A stretch of 64,000 nt of DNA, taken from the NCBI GenBank assembly GCA_951406725.2, contig OX597816.1, positions 95,852,001 to 95,916,000 of the forward strand. The letters are read 5' to 3'. Position 1 is the first letter of the stretch, and the number at the start of each line of letters is the position of its first letter. Below, piece after piece: positions 26,325-38,605 of this stretch. The position numbers were made by a program, and so were the translations under genes. This stretch comes from Octopus vulgaris. Taxonomy: Eukaryota. The notes beneath the pieces are model-generated. The model saw only the letters and a program-made list of their open reading frames with translations, was not told the origin of the DNA and did no database searches.

Positions 26325-26640
26325 ATTGGGAAGCAAGTTGCCAGCAACCGTGGAGATTGCCGACGTACCATAAAAGAGGGAACACAAAGGAGTGACAGAG
26401 AGAGAGGAGACATGGAAAGACAAGAAAAGACGTCAACAAGAAATTATGACATTACAACCAGTCAGGCAAAGTCTTCGCTACATTTGCGGCACCTGCCAGA
26501 GGGAGTGCTTGTCCAGGATAGGACTACACAGCCACAGCAGATGTATTAGGACATGGAATGTAAAAGCCGGACTAGATTGTTTTATGCGCAACTCCATTGT
26601 CCCCCCGAGACAAAAAGGATGCCAACAACAATATATCTGA
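26325..26640 (+). mobile_element. 3' end of a second RTE (BovB-like) LINE
   Basis: WKQVASNRGD.RR.IKEG, then C2H2-like YICGTCQRECLSRIGLHSHSRC. Confidence 0.75.
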
Positions 26641-27537
26641 TCACCTTTAAGCAACCAGTTATTCATAAAAGTTGAATGCAATATACTATTACCATCATAG
26701 AGCAAGTACGTAATCACTGAATTGGAATCGATAGCCTGCGAACATTTTTAATTAAAAGTGTATTGGACCTACGAACAATTTCGTGTGTTGAATCAACCTG
26801 AAACAACGAATCTTTCATATAAGTTGAAAGGTAGTACAATACTATGATAATAAAGCTTGTTGCATGTGTCCTCTATCATGTTACTCTTCGGTTATTCGGC
26901 GTCGAAACTAACAGACTACATTGGCATTCTGGTCATCGAGCATCATAAGAATGTACTTCCTATCTGTTTTGTTGATATACTGAAGCTCTTTCAGTATGTT
27001 CATCGTCATATTCTGTCGTTGAGGCGTAGATTTTGTACCTCTGTAAAACTGAAAAGGGTTTTGCTTGCAGAGGAAAAAAATGGTCATGCTCGTGCTGGAC
27101 ACTGGTTGGTACCCTAGTACAGAGTTCTTGATGTACTAGGAGCCCTACTCCATTTGCATTCTCTCCACTGAAGGAGATGTTATTCCTCTGTTTATTTCTT
27201 TTCAAGTGCTCGTTGTCTGATTTTACTGAGTTCGAGGAGGTATCAGTTGTACCTCTCCAGACTGGAAGGATATTCTTATCATATGTTGGAATGCCAATGT
27301 AGGGAAGAACGCACAGTGTGATTGTGGGGTGAGAGGGGATAGCGCCTATTGGAATTTGCCTGATATCACATATTGCTGTCAAATTTATGGTAAATACAAA
27401 GCATCCTGTAAGCGGACTTGGCATGCTCCTAATAAACCAGTTTACCAGATCGAAGTTAGTACTAGAATGGTACAAAACTGGAGTAAAAAGAGAAAAGACA
27501 AGAACATTCCTAGGAGTCAGTCGTTCATGGTTCGCAT

Positions 27538-27562
27538 GAAGAAGAAGAAGAAGAAGAAGAAG

Positions 27563-27591
<29 letters not shown>
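27538..27591. repeat. (GAA)n microsatellite
   Basis: Perfect trinucleotide run; explains the poly-L/K/S ORFs. Confidence 0.95.
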
Positions 27592-27593
<2 letters not shown>

Positions 27594-27599
27594 GCCAAA

Positions 27600-30500
27600 A
27601 TAGATAAAGAAAACGTTTAGTTTAGAAATAATGTATTCCAAACCAGATGCTATGTACATATTCAAGATTAAGTTATTTAATGACGGTCGGAGATTAACTT
27701 TATCCATAGGCAGTGTATATGTAAATATTAAAAGCACAAAAACGTTCATCACTGAAGATGTGGTTAATAGTATTAAAACATTTAATTTCACTAATAACTG
27801 ACCTCCAATATTTAGAATCACTTCCTCCTGATTGTGGTACCTCTAAACGTAAGATATATTTTTTAGTCTTATTTTCACTAGATTTTAAGGCTCACTTCTA
27901 ATTTACAAAAGATTTCTGCAGAATTTGTCATAGTATCATTGCATGAGTGAGTCTATGTGTTAGAATGTTCTTGTTCACTTTTCTGGTAATACTGATTATT
28001 AGTTAAACTTCCACAGCTCCTAACCTTAACTGTACTTAAGCCTTATAGGATCAATGTGACGTTAGTTTCTCAGATCGAGTACTGGAATTGTAAAATGTCA
28101 GCCGTTTCCGTCTTCTGTCACCTTAGAAATGAAGTATTTATACGAATGTCGATGTGTTAAATGAATCCTAGATTTGATATCAAAATATTTCTGTAAAGGA
28201 TCTCCTGAAATATGACCGGGTGGCAATGTAGATTTAGTGTAAGCTAAAGAAGCTGCATCTTAGGTCTTCACTACCTGCAGTGACCTCAAAATAATTGAAA
28301 GACATATTTCCAGTTATTGTGAGGGATTCGATGTAATTTTTCAATAAGGATCGTCCAAGATTTATATAGCCTAGGATAATGGCTTCCAGCATAGAGCTGT
28401 ATCTGTATGGTTTCGTGAAAAACGACAATGATGGTATGCGAAAACATCCTTCATTAATTTTTGTATTTAACACCGTATTTATTTTATTATGCATGCAAGG
28501 AATATTCTTTAAGCTAGGCAAATCCTGGCATATGTAAGTATTAAGGAGAACCTATGGGCTGTGTAACTTCCTTACAGGAATTGTTGGGGATTTTGGCCTA
28601 ATCAAGTTCTTTGTTTAGACGGAATTTCATAGAACTTCTTTGTCGATGTCTGATTCATTTAGCACTGCCAAGATAGTTTTATGATTTGTTTAATTTCTTT
28701 GAAATCTAACTTTAGGAAACAGAAAGGAAATGGTTAATATTGAGACTTTACGCTGACATATAATGCTTCAAAGATCAAAAACTTTGAAACACTCTGCCAC
28801 TAAGGACATGTCAATTTAGTCTCCATCAACAGCATCAAGATGCAAAATCCATCTCATCCTCTTCCTTATGTGTGAACAATAAGCGCCCTTCTCCTTTCAT
28901 ACCAAAGGCACAACAAATGTAATCCTTTCTATTCTCAAATGGTGAATTCACGTATAAACTATGGTCGAACCAAGTGACAAACGTTGAACGTCTAAGTTCG
29001 AGTGGCTGGATTTGGAAAATACAAATATGGAATGTTACAATTAAATTCAAATGAATTTTAACATTCCGTACAAAATCTTAATGGTTTTTTAAAGAATAAG
29101 TAAAATAATTATTTGACATGTACAATATGGTTATTTAAATATTCTTACCTTTAGTTATATTTCTCGGATGATTTGTCTTTCTTGTGTTGCAGAGCTTTAT
29201 CATAAAATTCCTTACAATGATAGTCTAGGTTCCACTTCTATTCTAACATGGATTATATTGTAGCCGCTTCCTACTTATTCTGTTCTTTTAGCCATTGATC
29301 ACTTCTTAACTAGAAAACGCACAACATATAAACATTACGAGTTGGTATGCTGACGAAATAAGTGAATGTATAAAAATTAGTAACTCTGAGAATTATTCTT
29401 CAACTTAAGCTTGTTGAAGAAGAGTCTGCCGTTTTCCATTGCATAACTCCAGGATTTTACATTCCATTTCTTGTTCAATAACAGCACATATGATGAGTCA
29501 ACTTGTCCCCTTGTTGGAAGAGTATTTGATAAGACCTATGGAAAAACCATTAAAAATTTTTCAACAAATCTATTCCACAAGACAATCATAGTGTCATAAT
29601 AATTATCCACTTCAAAGGGCAAATTTTTTTCTGCTAAAACGTAAAGTTGTCAGTATTTAGGTAAACCTTGACACGGAGAGGGATAAACTTATCATTGTAT
29701 CTATCATTTACAGTTAACGAGTTTCTTTAAGCAATGGCGTAACCCAAAACAGTATTTGGTCTGTTTTAAGTTTGCTCAATACTATTGTTAAAAAGATGAG
29801 GAAAATTGTGAATAAGAAATAAGTAAGCTTCACTCAATCGATTATTGAAAAAATACCGAGAAGAATTTGCGGGTTCTTTTCTTTGGAATTACAGTAGAAT
29901 TTCAGCGCTTCAATAAAGAAAATATTCGCTTCGTTGAACTCACTGAGGAAATTCTATGCGTTTTAGAATGTGAGTGAACAGAAAGATATTTATTGAACGG
30001 CAACCAAATCACACAAATCCTTCGAACAATACGAATGCTGAAGAAAAATACAAAAATATTATAAATCATTTTCATCGCAGTTACTTCAACATCAACTGAA
30101 AGAAAAGCAGCCGAATGAGCAGAACTGTACGGAATGTGAGTTGAACAGCCCAACTCCTATTCATGGAATCATTCATGCTTTGTTTTGAATTTCTATTGAT
30201 GATATTTACACATAACGACAAATGACCAATTATTATTGCGTTTCCCTATCAAAAGCATTTTTTCATGCCCAATTTTTAACTCGGTAAAACTTACCGTGCA
30301 AAATCTTAATGTAGTTACTTAAGTCTCACTTGGAAGCAGTTTTACTAGTAATAAATTTATCAGTAAATCTTTCTTTCTAAGGAAAAAAATATGGCATATT
30401 TATAGGAATTTTTTTTTCTGCTTTGTACTTATTTGTATCCATAAATATTCTGTAAAAAGAAGTGGTATTTAGACCTTTGACAATCTCTGGAATAGTGGAT

Positions 30501-31880
30501 GGAGGAGCTACTACAATTTTTAAAATTATCATTGAAGTATATTTCGTCTTAGTTCATTAAAACTTGCTTGTCTTCATAATTAGAAAACACTGCCTGTAAA
30601 AGTTCTTTCATCCAACCATTCGAACTAAATGACTGATTATGCTGGACAGTGTAGAAGGCCATTGCAACTTCTGCAGCTACTATTTTAGAATCATCTGTGG
30701 AATTTGAGGAAAATCTCTATCATTTGTGCTCTACAATTTCTATATGCTATGTTTCTCAGCGCGCTCAATATTAAATGTACAATTACATATTCAGCAATCA
30801 GCTTCAAAAACAACGTTTTCCCTTCTTTAACAGACGTTCAATCTTTCGAATATTCATCGCGAAATTTATGTTTGCATTTCAGTATTTCAGGATTAAATAA
30901 ATTACTATTTACTTAGAGAACACTGATGCACCTGTGACCTGCACAATATAAAATGCATAACGGATACATTGAGAACGCGTGCGGCAAGGTTGCCGGTTGT
31001 ACCAGCCATACAAACACGCATTACATCCTGTGAAAGACTCATGCGACAGAGTATAGGCCTATCGACGTACGCATCAGAAGAAGGCGAGTTACTAAGAGAC
31101 AAAGTGTGTAGTCTATTTTGAGAATATCCCTGTGCGAGGTTTGGGGTTTATATCTCATCGATGAGAACACAGATCAATTTCTTCTGATATAGCATTTATA
31201 TTTATTCATATTACCTATCCGAGATTAAGTCTTTTCTCAGAAGGAAAGCATGAAGAAGAGAGAACAGCAAATATATGATGAAACGTAGGAATATAATACA
31301 TACGTATCTCAGGACAAGGAGAGTGGCTGTTTTTCAGTTAGGATAGTCCTTGTTAATTGTTCAAAAGTAGGAGAAATGTTATCAGTTAGAAGTCCGGCAA
31401 GACGCAGGAGATGTCCCACAGCAAAAGCAAGAGGTGGATTCGAATATTAACTATTTCCTATAGCTGCTCATTAAACATTTGCATCTGTCAACAAGATTTT
31501 ATATAATTTTAGACTTGGCACCAAAAGAGGATTACACGAAAGAGTTTTCTACATTCTCTTAGAATTACGATCAAGTAAGTCAGATTACTTTTGATTTTGA
31601 AAAAAATGTCAAGTTATTTTTGATTTATGGAGACAGGTTGCGGTAGGCGTTGATTGACTGACGAGAATTGGCCAGCTCTTCCAAACATAAAAGTCGTAAG
31701 GACTTGTATATCAGTACAACGAATATGAGGTGTGTAATATACATGTGCAATTGCTTGTGAGCTAGTAGTTCGGCCGACTTAGTGCTACATTAATGATATT
31801 TTAGCGAAATAAAAATTAATACAAAATTTTATAATCTACTTAAAAAAAAAACGGTTTCGAATACGGAACAATATGGTGTC
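27600..31880 (-). pseudogene. Heavily decayed P-element/THAP9-like transposase region (boundaries approximate)
   Basis: Remnants in the expected order on the minus strand: FNEQL..YSNPPLAFAV (~31480-31415), KLICVLIDEI (~31185-31150), FQIQPLE (~29015-28997), KINEGCFRIPS (~28460-28430); many stops. Confidence 0.5.
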
Positions 31881-32627
31881 CCGATAACATGAATATAAGA
31901 CAAGGAATAAAAGTGATTAAGCAGGAGACATGTTCCGATACACAGGACGTTTAGCAATCCTACCCACATAGTGGCTGCTCGACCTGCTAGAAATAGCAAC
32001 GAAATCTCTTTCAGTTATCATCTTACCAGATTAAATAATCCTTTTTATTATAAGCACAGGTCTGAAATTTGGGGGAGGTGGCCAGTCCATTAGATCGACC
32101 CGGGTATACAACTGGTACTTAATTTATAAACCTCGAAAGGATGAAAGGCAAAGTCGACCTCTGGCGGAATTTGAACTCAGAACGTAGCAACGGGCGAAAT
32201 ACCTCGAAGCATTTCGTCCAGCGTGCTAACGACTGCCAGTTTGCGGCCTTCTTCCAGATTAAATGATACAAGACATGCTGGTTAATGTCTTCATAAATAC
32301 ACTATGCATTAAAACTGGCACGTCATATATCAGTGCCTGTTAGCACACCGTACAAAATGCTTACCAGCATTTCTCTGGACTCTAAGTTCCGAGTTCAAAT
32401 TCCGCTGAGGTCAAATTTGTCTTTCATCATTTCGGGATCGACAAAATAAATACGAGTTAAGCACTGTGGCCGATGTAATTGACTAGTCCTCTCCCATCAA
32501 ACATCAGGCCATGTGCCTATAGAAGAAAAAAGTTTTACCATTGCTATTATCCAAGCTGTAGCCACAGTACTGCTGGATAATGTCTTCATAAATACACTAT
32601 GCATTAAAACATTACTATAGTCTATGC

Positions 32628-32931
32628 GGTGGAGGCACGTTGCCTGGTTGTTAGAGCAGCGGACTCGCGATCGAGGGATCGCGGGTTCGAATCTCAGACC
32701 GGGCGATGTGTGTGTTTACGAGTGAAGCACCTAAGCTCCACGCGGCTCCAGCAGAAGGTAATTGCGAACTTCTGCTGACTCTTTCGCTACAACTTTCTCT
32801 CACTCTTTCCTCCTGCATCTTGCAGCTCACCTGCGACAGACCGGCGTCCCGTCCAGTTGAGGAACCTATACGCCAAGGAAACCGGGAAACCGGCCCTTAT
32901 GAGCCAGGCGTGGCTCGCGAAGGAACAAACA
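32628..32931 (+). mobile_element. tRNA-derived SINE family 3 (V-SINE-like CCTGCGACAGACCGGCGTCCCGTCCAG domain)
   Basis: tRNA-like head with B-box GGTTCGAATC; imperfect TSD ATAGTCT(A/G)TGC; near-identical reverse copy at 57453-57759. Confidence 0.85.
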
Positions 32932-33607
32932 ATAGTCTGTGCTGTAACTACAACACTGATATTGTCCACGCTGCAACCAAGACATAACTGATGCTCATAC
33001 TGCAACAAGAACATTGCTATAGGGTATATTGTAGTCACAGCACTGCTGCTTTCCATACTGTAGCTAGAACACTGCTGTCGTCTGTACTGCAGTCAGAATG
33101 TCGCTACGGTCTCTGCACTAACCACAACATTAGTGTGGTTCACACGTCAGTCAGAACACAACTATAGTCTATAATAGTGAAGCTAGAACACACAGCTTGT
33201 GTCCATTATGTAAGATAGTGGAAATGGCTGAGAGTTCAATGTATGCACTGAAATAAATGAATAAGTAATTAGTCTCATCTTTAGTTCGTTTTTCGTGCCA
33301 ACTAAACTTTAATTTACATTTTATTCCTCCGGGTTTCATTAAATTAAATACTTTCGATATACTGCGGTCGATTCATCTGATATGAATACTTTTATTAAAA
33401 GTTTACTTTTTGTTTAGTAAAATAATAATCTATTAACAATTCATTAGAATTAATGCAATTTTGATCACAGTTTTGCTTTCATACTAGTAACTTGACTCAA
33501 ACTGCACTCACTGTGCACACTATGTGTTGATATAATGAGTGAATTGGAGTGGGCTGATAACTGGGGGATACCGATTGAGAAAACAGTAATATATCCTTTA
33601 TTATATA

Positions 33608-34002
33608 CTAGCAGTATCGCCCGGCGTTGCTCGGGTTGTAAGGGAAATAACTATATAAGCATTTTTAGAGAGTTATAGCCAAAAAATAGCAAAAAAATGC
33701 ATTAAAAATTGAAAAAAAATTAAGGTAATTTTTTTTTTAAATCGTTGACACATCGTAGATATTTTTAGAGAGTTACTTCCCTTATATAAAAGCGAAAAAA
33801 ATGCATTAAAATGGAAAAATATGATGGTAAATTTTTTTAAAATCGTAGACTCATCGTAGACGCGCGCTAATACCCAGAAGGGCTCGATATGAATCACGAC
33901 TATAAGATACCCGTTTTTGGTTAAACTGCACCGCAAAATGTGGGAGTAGTTACGAATCTAAATCGTAGGAGACAGACACACAACTTCACTCTTATATAAA
34001 GA
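33608..34002 (-). mobile_element. Non-autonomous Helitron, same family
   Basis: Both termini present (CTAG...GA); body matches 25108-26114. Confidence 0.85.
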
Positions 34003-35552
34003 TGCTTTTTTTTTTTCAGTCATAGAGTTAGATTTATGAAGGTCTTCAGTAGAAAATCCTTCGAATTCTGACTCGCTGCTTGATATAATGAAATTCGTAT
34101 CCATTTTTTGTCAGAATTACAAATTTTGAAAACACAATAGGAACAAATTTCGGAAAAAAATCTCCCATAATTCACGGAATTAAAATTACACTTCGATTTT
34201 TGTACAAAACTGTATTTGAAGTGTTTACGAAGTATAATACGTGTTTTCACGAATGTACTAAAGAGATTTACTCTGATATTCTCATTTAAATATGAATAGG
34301 TAAATTCGGGCGGTTTGGTAACGAAAGGGTTTATATAAGTGTCGTCTGTTTATACATAAACACTGTTTCATACTTTCAGTTTAGTCTTCCTCAAATCAGT
34401 CTGTCGCTATTTACTCTCTTCCAAGAACATTTTCACTCACTCTTATCTGTTAGCTTGCCATATATTTTACTCATGTATCTATCAGCGTGATAGACAGAAA
34501 CAAATATTACATCTAGTTTCACTTTATTCGTTGCACACTGTGTGTGTGCGTTTGCGTGTGCTGTAAACCAGACTAAGAAAAGCATTTGACATACACACCA
34601 GAATGTGAGTTTTCTGTAAATTTTGCTTAATTGGAGTTTAAATTTTAAAAACTGGACCTGCATGACCCGATGCATTCTACTCTTAAAAATGCTAGGTAAA
34701 TTGTAATTGAAGAAATCCTATATTGTAGATTTCTATAAGTTACATAGGGAGGCAGATAAAATCTGCCTTTTATAATAAGAGATCATTGTATGTAAGTATA
34801 TAATGACGTTCACGTCATTACCTACTGTGAAGGCGGCGAGCTGGCAGTACCATTAGCGCGTCGGACAAAATGCTTAACAGCATTTCTTCTAGCTCTTTAC
34901 GTTCTGAGTTCGAATACCGCTGAGGTTGACTTTGCCTTTCATCCTTTCGGGGCTGATGAAATAAATACCAATCAATGACTGGCGTTGATGTAATCGATTT
35001 GCTGCCTCCCCTAAAAAAATCTCAGGCCTTGAGCCTATATTAGAAATGATTATTTAGCGTGTGGCTTTGTTTTTAGGCTGCTGGACTGGGTAGTGCAAGA
35101 TCGTGGATTCAATTCCTCGGTGGGCAACACGTTGTCTTTCGGCAAGACATTTCATTTCTTGCTGTTGCAGTTTCACACAAATGAAAGTGAATTGCGTAGA
35201 AATGCTGCTGTACGTCCACTCTGTCGTTATTTGTTCGTTCGAAGCTCTAACTCTCCACAAATGTTATAGTTATAAAATTTCTGGATGCTGCTGTTTTATG
35301 GTTTCCTGTCTTGTCAGTAAAATTTCGAAATAGGGACAGTCGACAACTGAGGCGAGGTTAGACTTCTTTTGGTATTTTGTCCCGTACTTGTCTCTCATTA
35401 TGTGTTTACGTATTTTTCACTTGTCGGTGATGTCCTGTTCATATCGTATATTTTTTGGTATACTGTCCTGTACTTACCTCTCGTGTGTTTACGTATTTTT
35501 CACTCGTTGGTGATGTCCTGTATTTGATGTATTTTAAAATCTATTTATACAA

Positions 35553-35583
<31 letters not shown>

Positions 35584-36591
35584 TATAAAGTATGTTTTCT
35601 TGTGTCAATTTCTCCTGGAGAGAAGAGTGGAACAGTTAGGTTCCTAACTTCGAAATTCCAATAAAAATTAACATTTTTATGTTATGTCACATGTCGACAG
35701 CTTTATTGTGAAGAGATAGAATATGAGTGTTTATAGTAGCTTTATATTTGTAAGGGTTTTTACAACCCTCTCCGTTATAGTTGTAATTTATTGATAATTA
35801 TACACACTTCTTTTATGAAATTTATGATTGCCTGTTTTGGCCATTGATATATTCATAAATAATTACGAATTGTTTATGATATATCCTTCGTAATGTATTT
35901 TTAAATTCCTTTTTAAATATATATATATATGTTAATGCAGCCAATTATATGAATCTCAATAATTGATTGCTGCGTTATTTTCTGAAAGATGAATGGTAAA
36001 GTCGATCTTGACAGGACTTGAGCTCAGAATGTAGAGTGATGTGACTAAAAACCGTAAAACCGCAGAGTGCTTTGCCTGCCGCTTCTCTGATTCTGTCACA
36101 GCAAGAAGCATTGATTAAGCGTTGGCTTAAACACAAGTATTGAATCAAGGACATGTCTGTCTGATAAATCCCATTACTTAACTGGTATTTATTTTAACAC
36201 TGGAGGGATGACAGGCAAGTTATCCACGACAGAATATGGATGCAGAACGTAAAGAAACGTATTTAAATACGATGTAGCTTCTTATCCGACGATCTGATGA
36301 CTATAAGGCTTTCTATTTCCACTCATATTCTCCGATGACTTGTTGCTTGTTTACAGAAAACTGTGCATTGAAGCAATGTAGAATTATGCGTTCCTTCTAA
36401 ATAAATAATGAAAGGTTGCAATGGATTTGAACTCAAAATCTATGAAATGTTGCTCAAATATTTCAGCCACTCAATCATATCATTTTCTAGTTAGCATTGT
36501 ACCTGTTTAACTCAGGTGAATATTGCAACTGCTCTGTCAAAAACAGCGATAAAACTGTTATAATCCAATTACATATAAAAGAATGTGAAAT

Positions 36592-36765
36592 AGACAGAGT
36601 AACTGAAAGAGAGAGAGAGAAGAGAAAGAGAAGAGAGAGAAGGAGAAAGGGAGAAAGAGAAGAGAGAGAAGGAGAGAGGGAGAAAGAGAAGAGAGAGAAG
36701 GAGAGAGGGGGAAAGAGAGAGAGAGAAAAAAAGAAAGAGAGAGAGAGAGAAAAAAGAAAGAGAGT
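36592..36765. repeat. Polypurine (GA-rich) tract
   Basis: ~160 nt almost exclusively A/G on the + strand. Confidence 0.9.
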
Positions 36766-37159
36766 GATAAACAGACAAAGATGTGTTTACCATTGTTTTT
36801 CCTTTTATTGGTTATTCCGATTTTCCTCTGTAACTCTCTCAGATTTTAGTTTGATTGTTGATTCGTGATTAAACAACTGGAAGAGTAATATAATTTTCAC
36901 TGAAATGGGTTTTAGAAATCGATAAGACATTCAAACAATATTTATGGAATATTGAAAATTGAAATTAGAGTTTAAATGTCCAATGATTTAAAATAAACTG
37001 CACACAGAGAGTTGATAACTAATTCACTGACGGAAGTAAAATAGAAGAGCATCAATAATTCGTTCGAAAAAGCTATCACGAACAATTTTAGAAGCAATCA
37101 GCTAGAAATGTCTTCAAATATTGTGCTGAGTCAAAAGTTTTCCAATGTTTTGGTAACTT

Positions 37160-37590
37160 ATTTGCTTTATTCATCTAGTTACAACAAAAACAGCCTAGCA
37201 TTCATAGTAGTGATCATTACGTTGCACTGTCTGAAGCCACCTTTCTGCCAGTCTTTTGACCTCACGCTGATACCAGTTCTTGTCCTTAGAGGCGAAGAAC
37301 TCCTTCACTGTTTGGCGTCAGGTTTTGGAAGCTTATGCATGTTAGGATTATGGAAAAAATATCTTCCTCGGATTATTACTTGTTCTAATCCATACTTCCT
37401 GCGCTCACGACGCTTCGTCAACCAAGAGGTGGTGGAAGATTCAGTGTAGGAGTTCTTCGCCTCAATGGGCAAGAACTGGTATCAACGTGGGATCAAAGAA
37501 CTTGCAGAAAGGTGAACTCAGACGGTGCAACACAGTGGCCTCTACTTTGAATGCTAGGCTGCTGTTGTAACTTCACAAATAAAGCAAATT
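37160..37590. mobile_element. Two inverted mariner 3'-end fragments
   Basis: 37440-37590 (+) encodes EFFASMGKNWYQRGIKELAER...GLYFE; 37160-37310 is its diverged reverse complement. Confidence 0.7.
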
Positions 37591-38029
37591 AGCTACCATA
37601 ACATTTAAAAATTTACCAAAATATTGTAAAAAATATCGTAAAAAAATATTTGACGACATTTCTTAAATATTATTTCTAAAATTATTTGTGATAGCAACAT
37701 ATCTCCACAAATAAATAATACTCAGACAGCACTTGACGCCATTCTTAAATTTTCAACAACCATTAATAAACAAATATTCTTGTGTTGTGAGCAAATAGTT
37801 TCTTCACTTCTTGTTTCAAGACAGAAAGCTCTCCGGTGGCCAATGCTCTGCATGGATGCCCTCTACCACTACTTTTATAGAACTCACTCCTTCTAAATAT
37901 ATTGGATCTGACATGCATAGCATGTTCTTTGGGGTGAGCATAATCTCCGCTATTATCCTTAGCTCTAACTAGTTTTTTACAAGATTTTCGCTTTTATTAC
38001 TTAATCATATTTCGCCAATATTTTATATA

Positions 38030-38440
38030 CTAGCAGGATCCGTGAATATTTCACGGAATTGATGGTAAACCTATTCAGTTGTCTCTGAAAACTTTATCCA
38101 AAAAGCCTGAAAGCGTAGCCTATGTTGTTTCTGTATGGAAAGATAGTTGCTCATCTGCTAATCATTGAAAAGTGAAAGAAACTGGAATACGATGATTACT
38201 TAATGAACTTTATTTATACATTTTATATACTTTATACACAATTTTTTAGACTTAATACACAGCACTCATAAAATAAATATTTACTCTTATTTTTCTAGTT
38301 TTCCCATAAAAAACAAACAAAAATAGCCCGTACATATGATACAACCTTTAGTTAAATTGCATATGTCTGCCACGTAAATAAAAGTGAATAGTTCACGGAA
38401 TAGCACTTATGCGCATGCGTTAAGTGATAGGTGATATAAA
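38030..38440 (-). mobile_element. Possible second Helitron family 3' end (extent uncertain)
   Basis: A|CTAG followed by the hairpin CCGTGAATATTTCACGG. Confidence 0.4.
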
Positions 38441-38459
38441 AAATTTAATACAGTTTTGT

Positions 38460-38605
38460 ATTTAACAGATGAGGAATTATATACATTATTTACATTATTT
38501 ACATTTGCCGGATATTTGTCCTCATCTTGTTTGTTGTTAACACGTTTTGGCTGATATACCCTCCAGACTTCATCAGGTGTCTTGGGGAAATGTAAATAAT
38601 GTAAA
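38460..38605 (-). mobile_element. Penelope-like/retrozyme-type terminal fragment with a degenerate hammerhead core
   Basis: Minus strand GACAC CTGATGA AGTCTG..CAGCC AAAAC GTGTT. Confidence 0.45.

Noticed and set aside
26960-27607. 212-aa poly-Leu ORF and overlapping poly-Lys/Ser ORFs
   Set aside because: Produced by the (GAA)n microsatellite; no domain similarity or exon structure.
32628-32705. tRNA-like sequence (also 57685-57759)
   Set aside because: It is the head of a SINE: it continues into a shared body, has TSDs and lacks a proper acceptor stem.
36497-36868. 123-aa R/E/K-rich ORF
   Set aside because: Translation of the polypurine tract.
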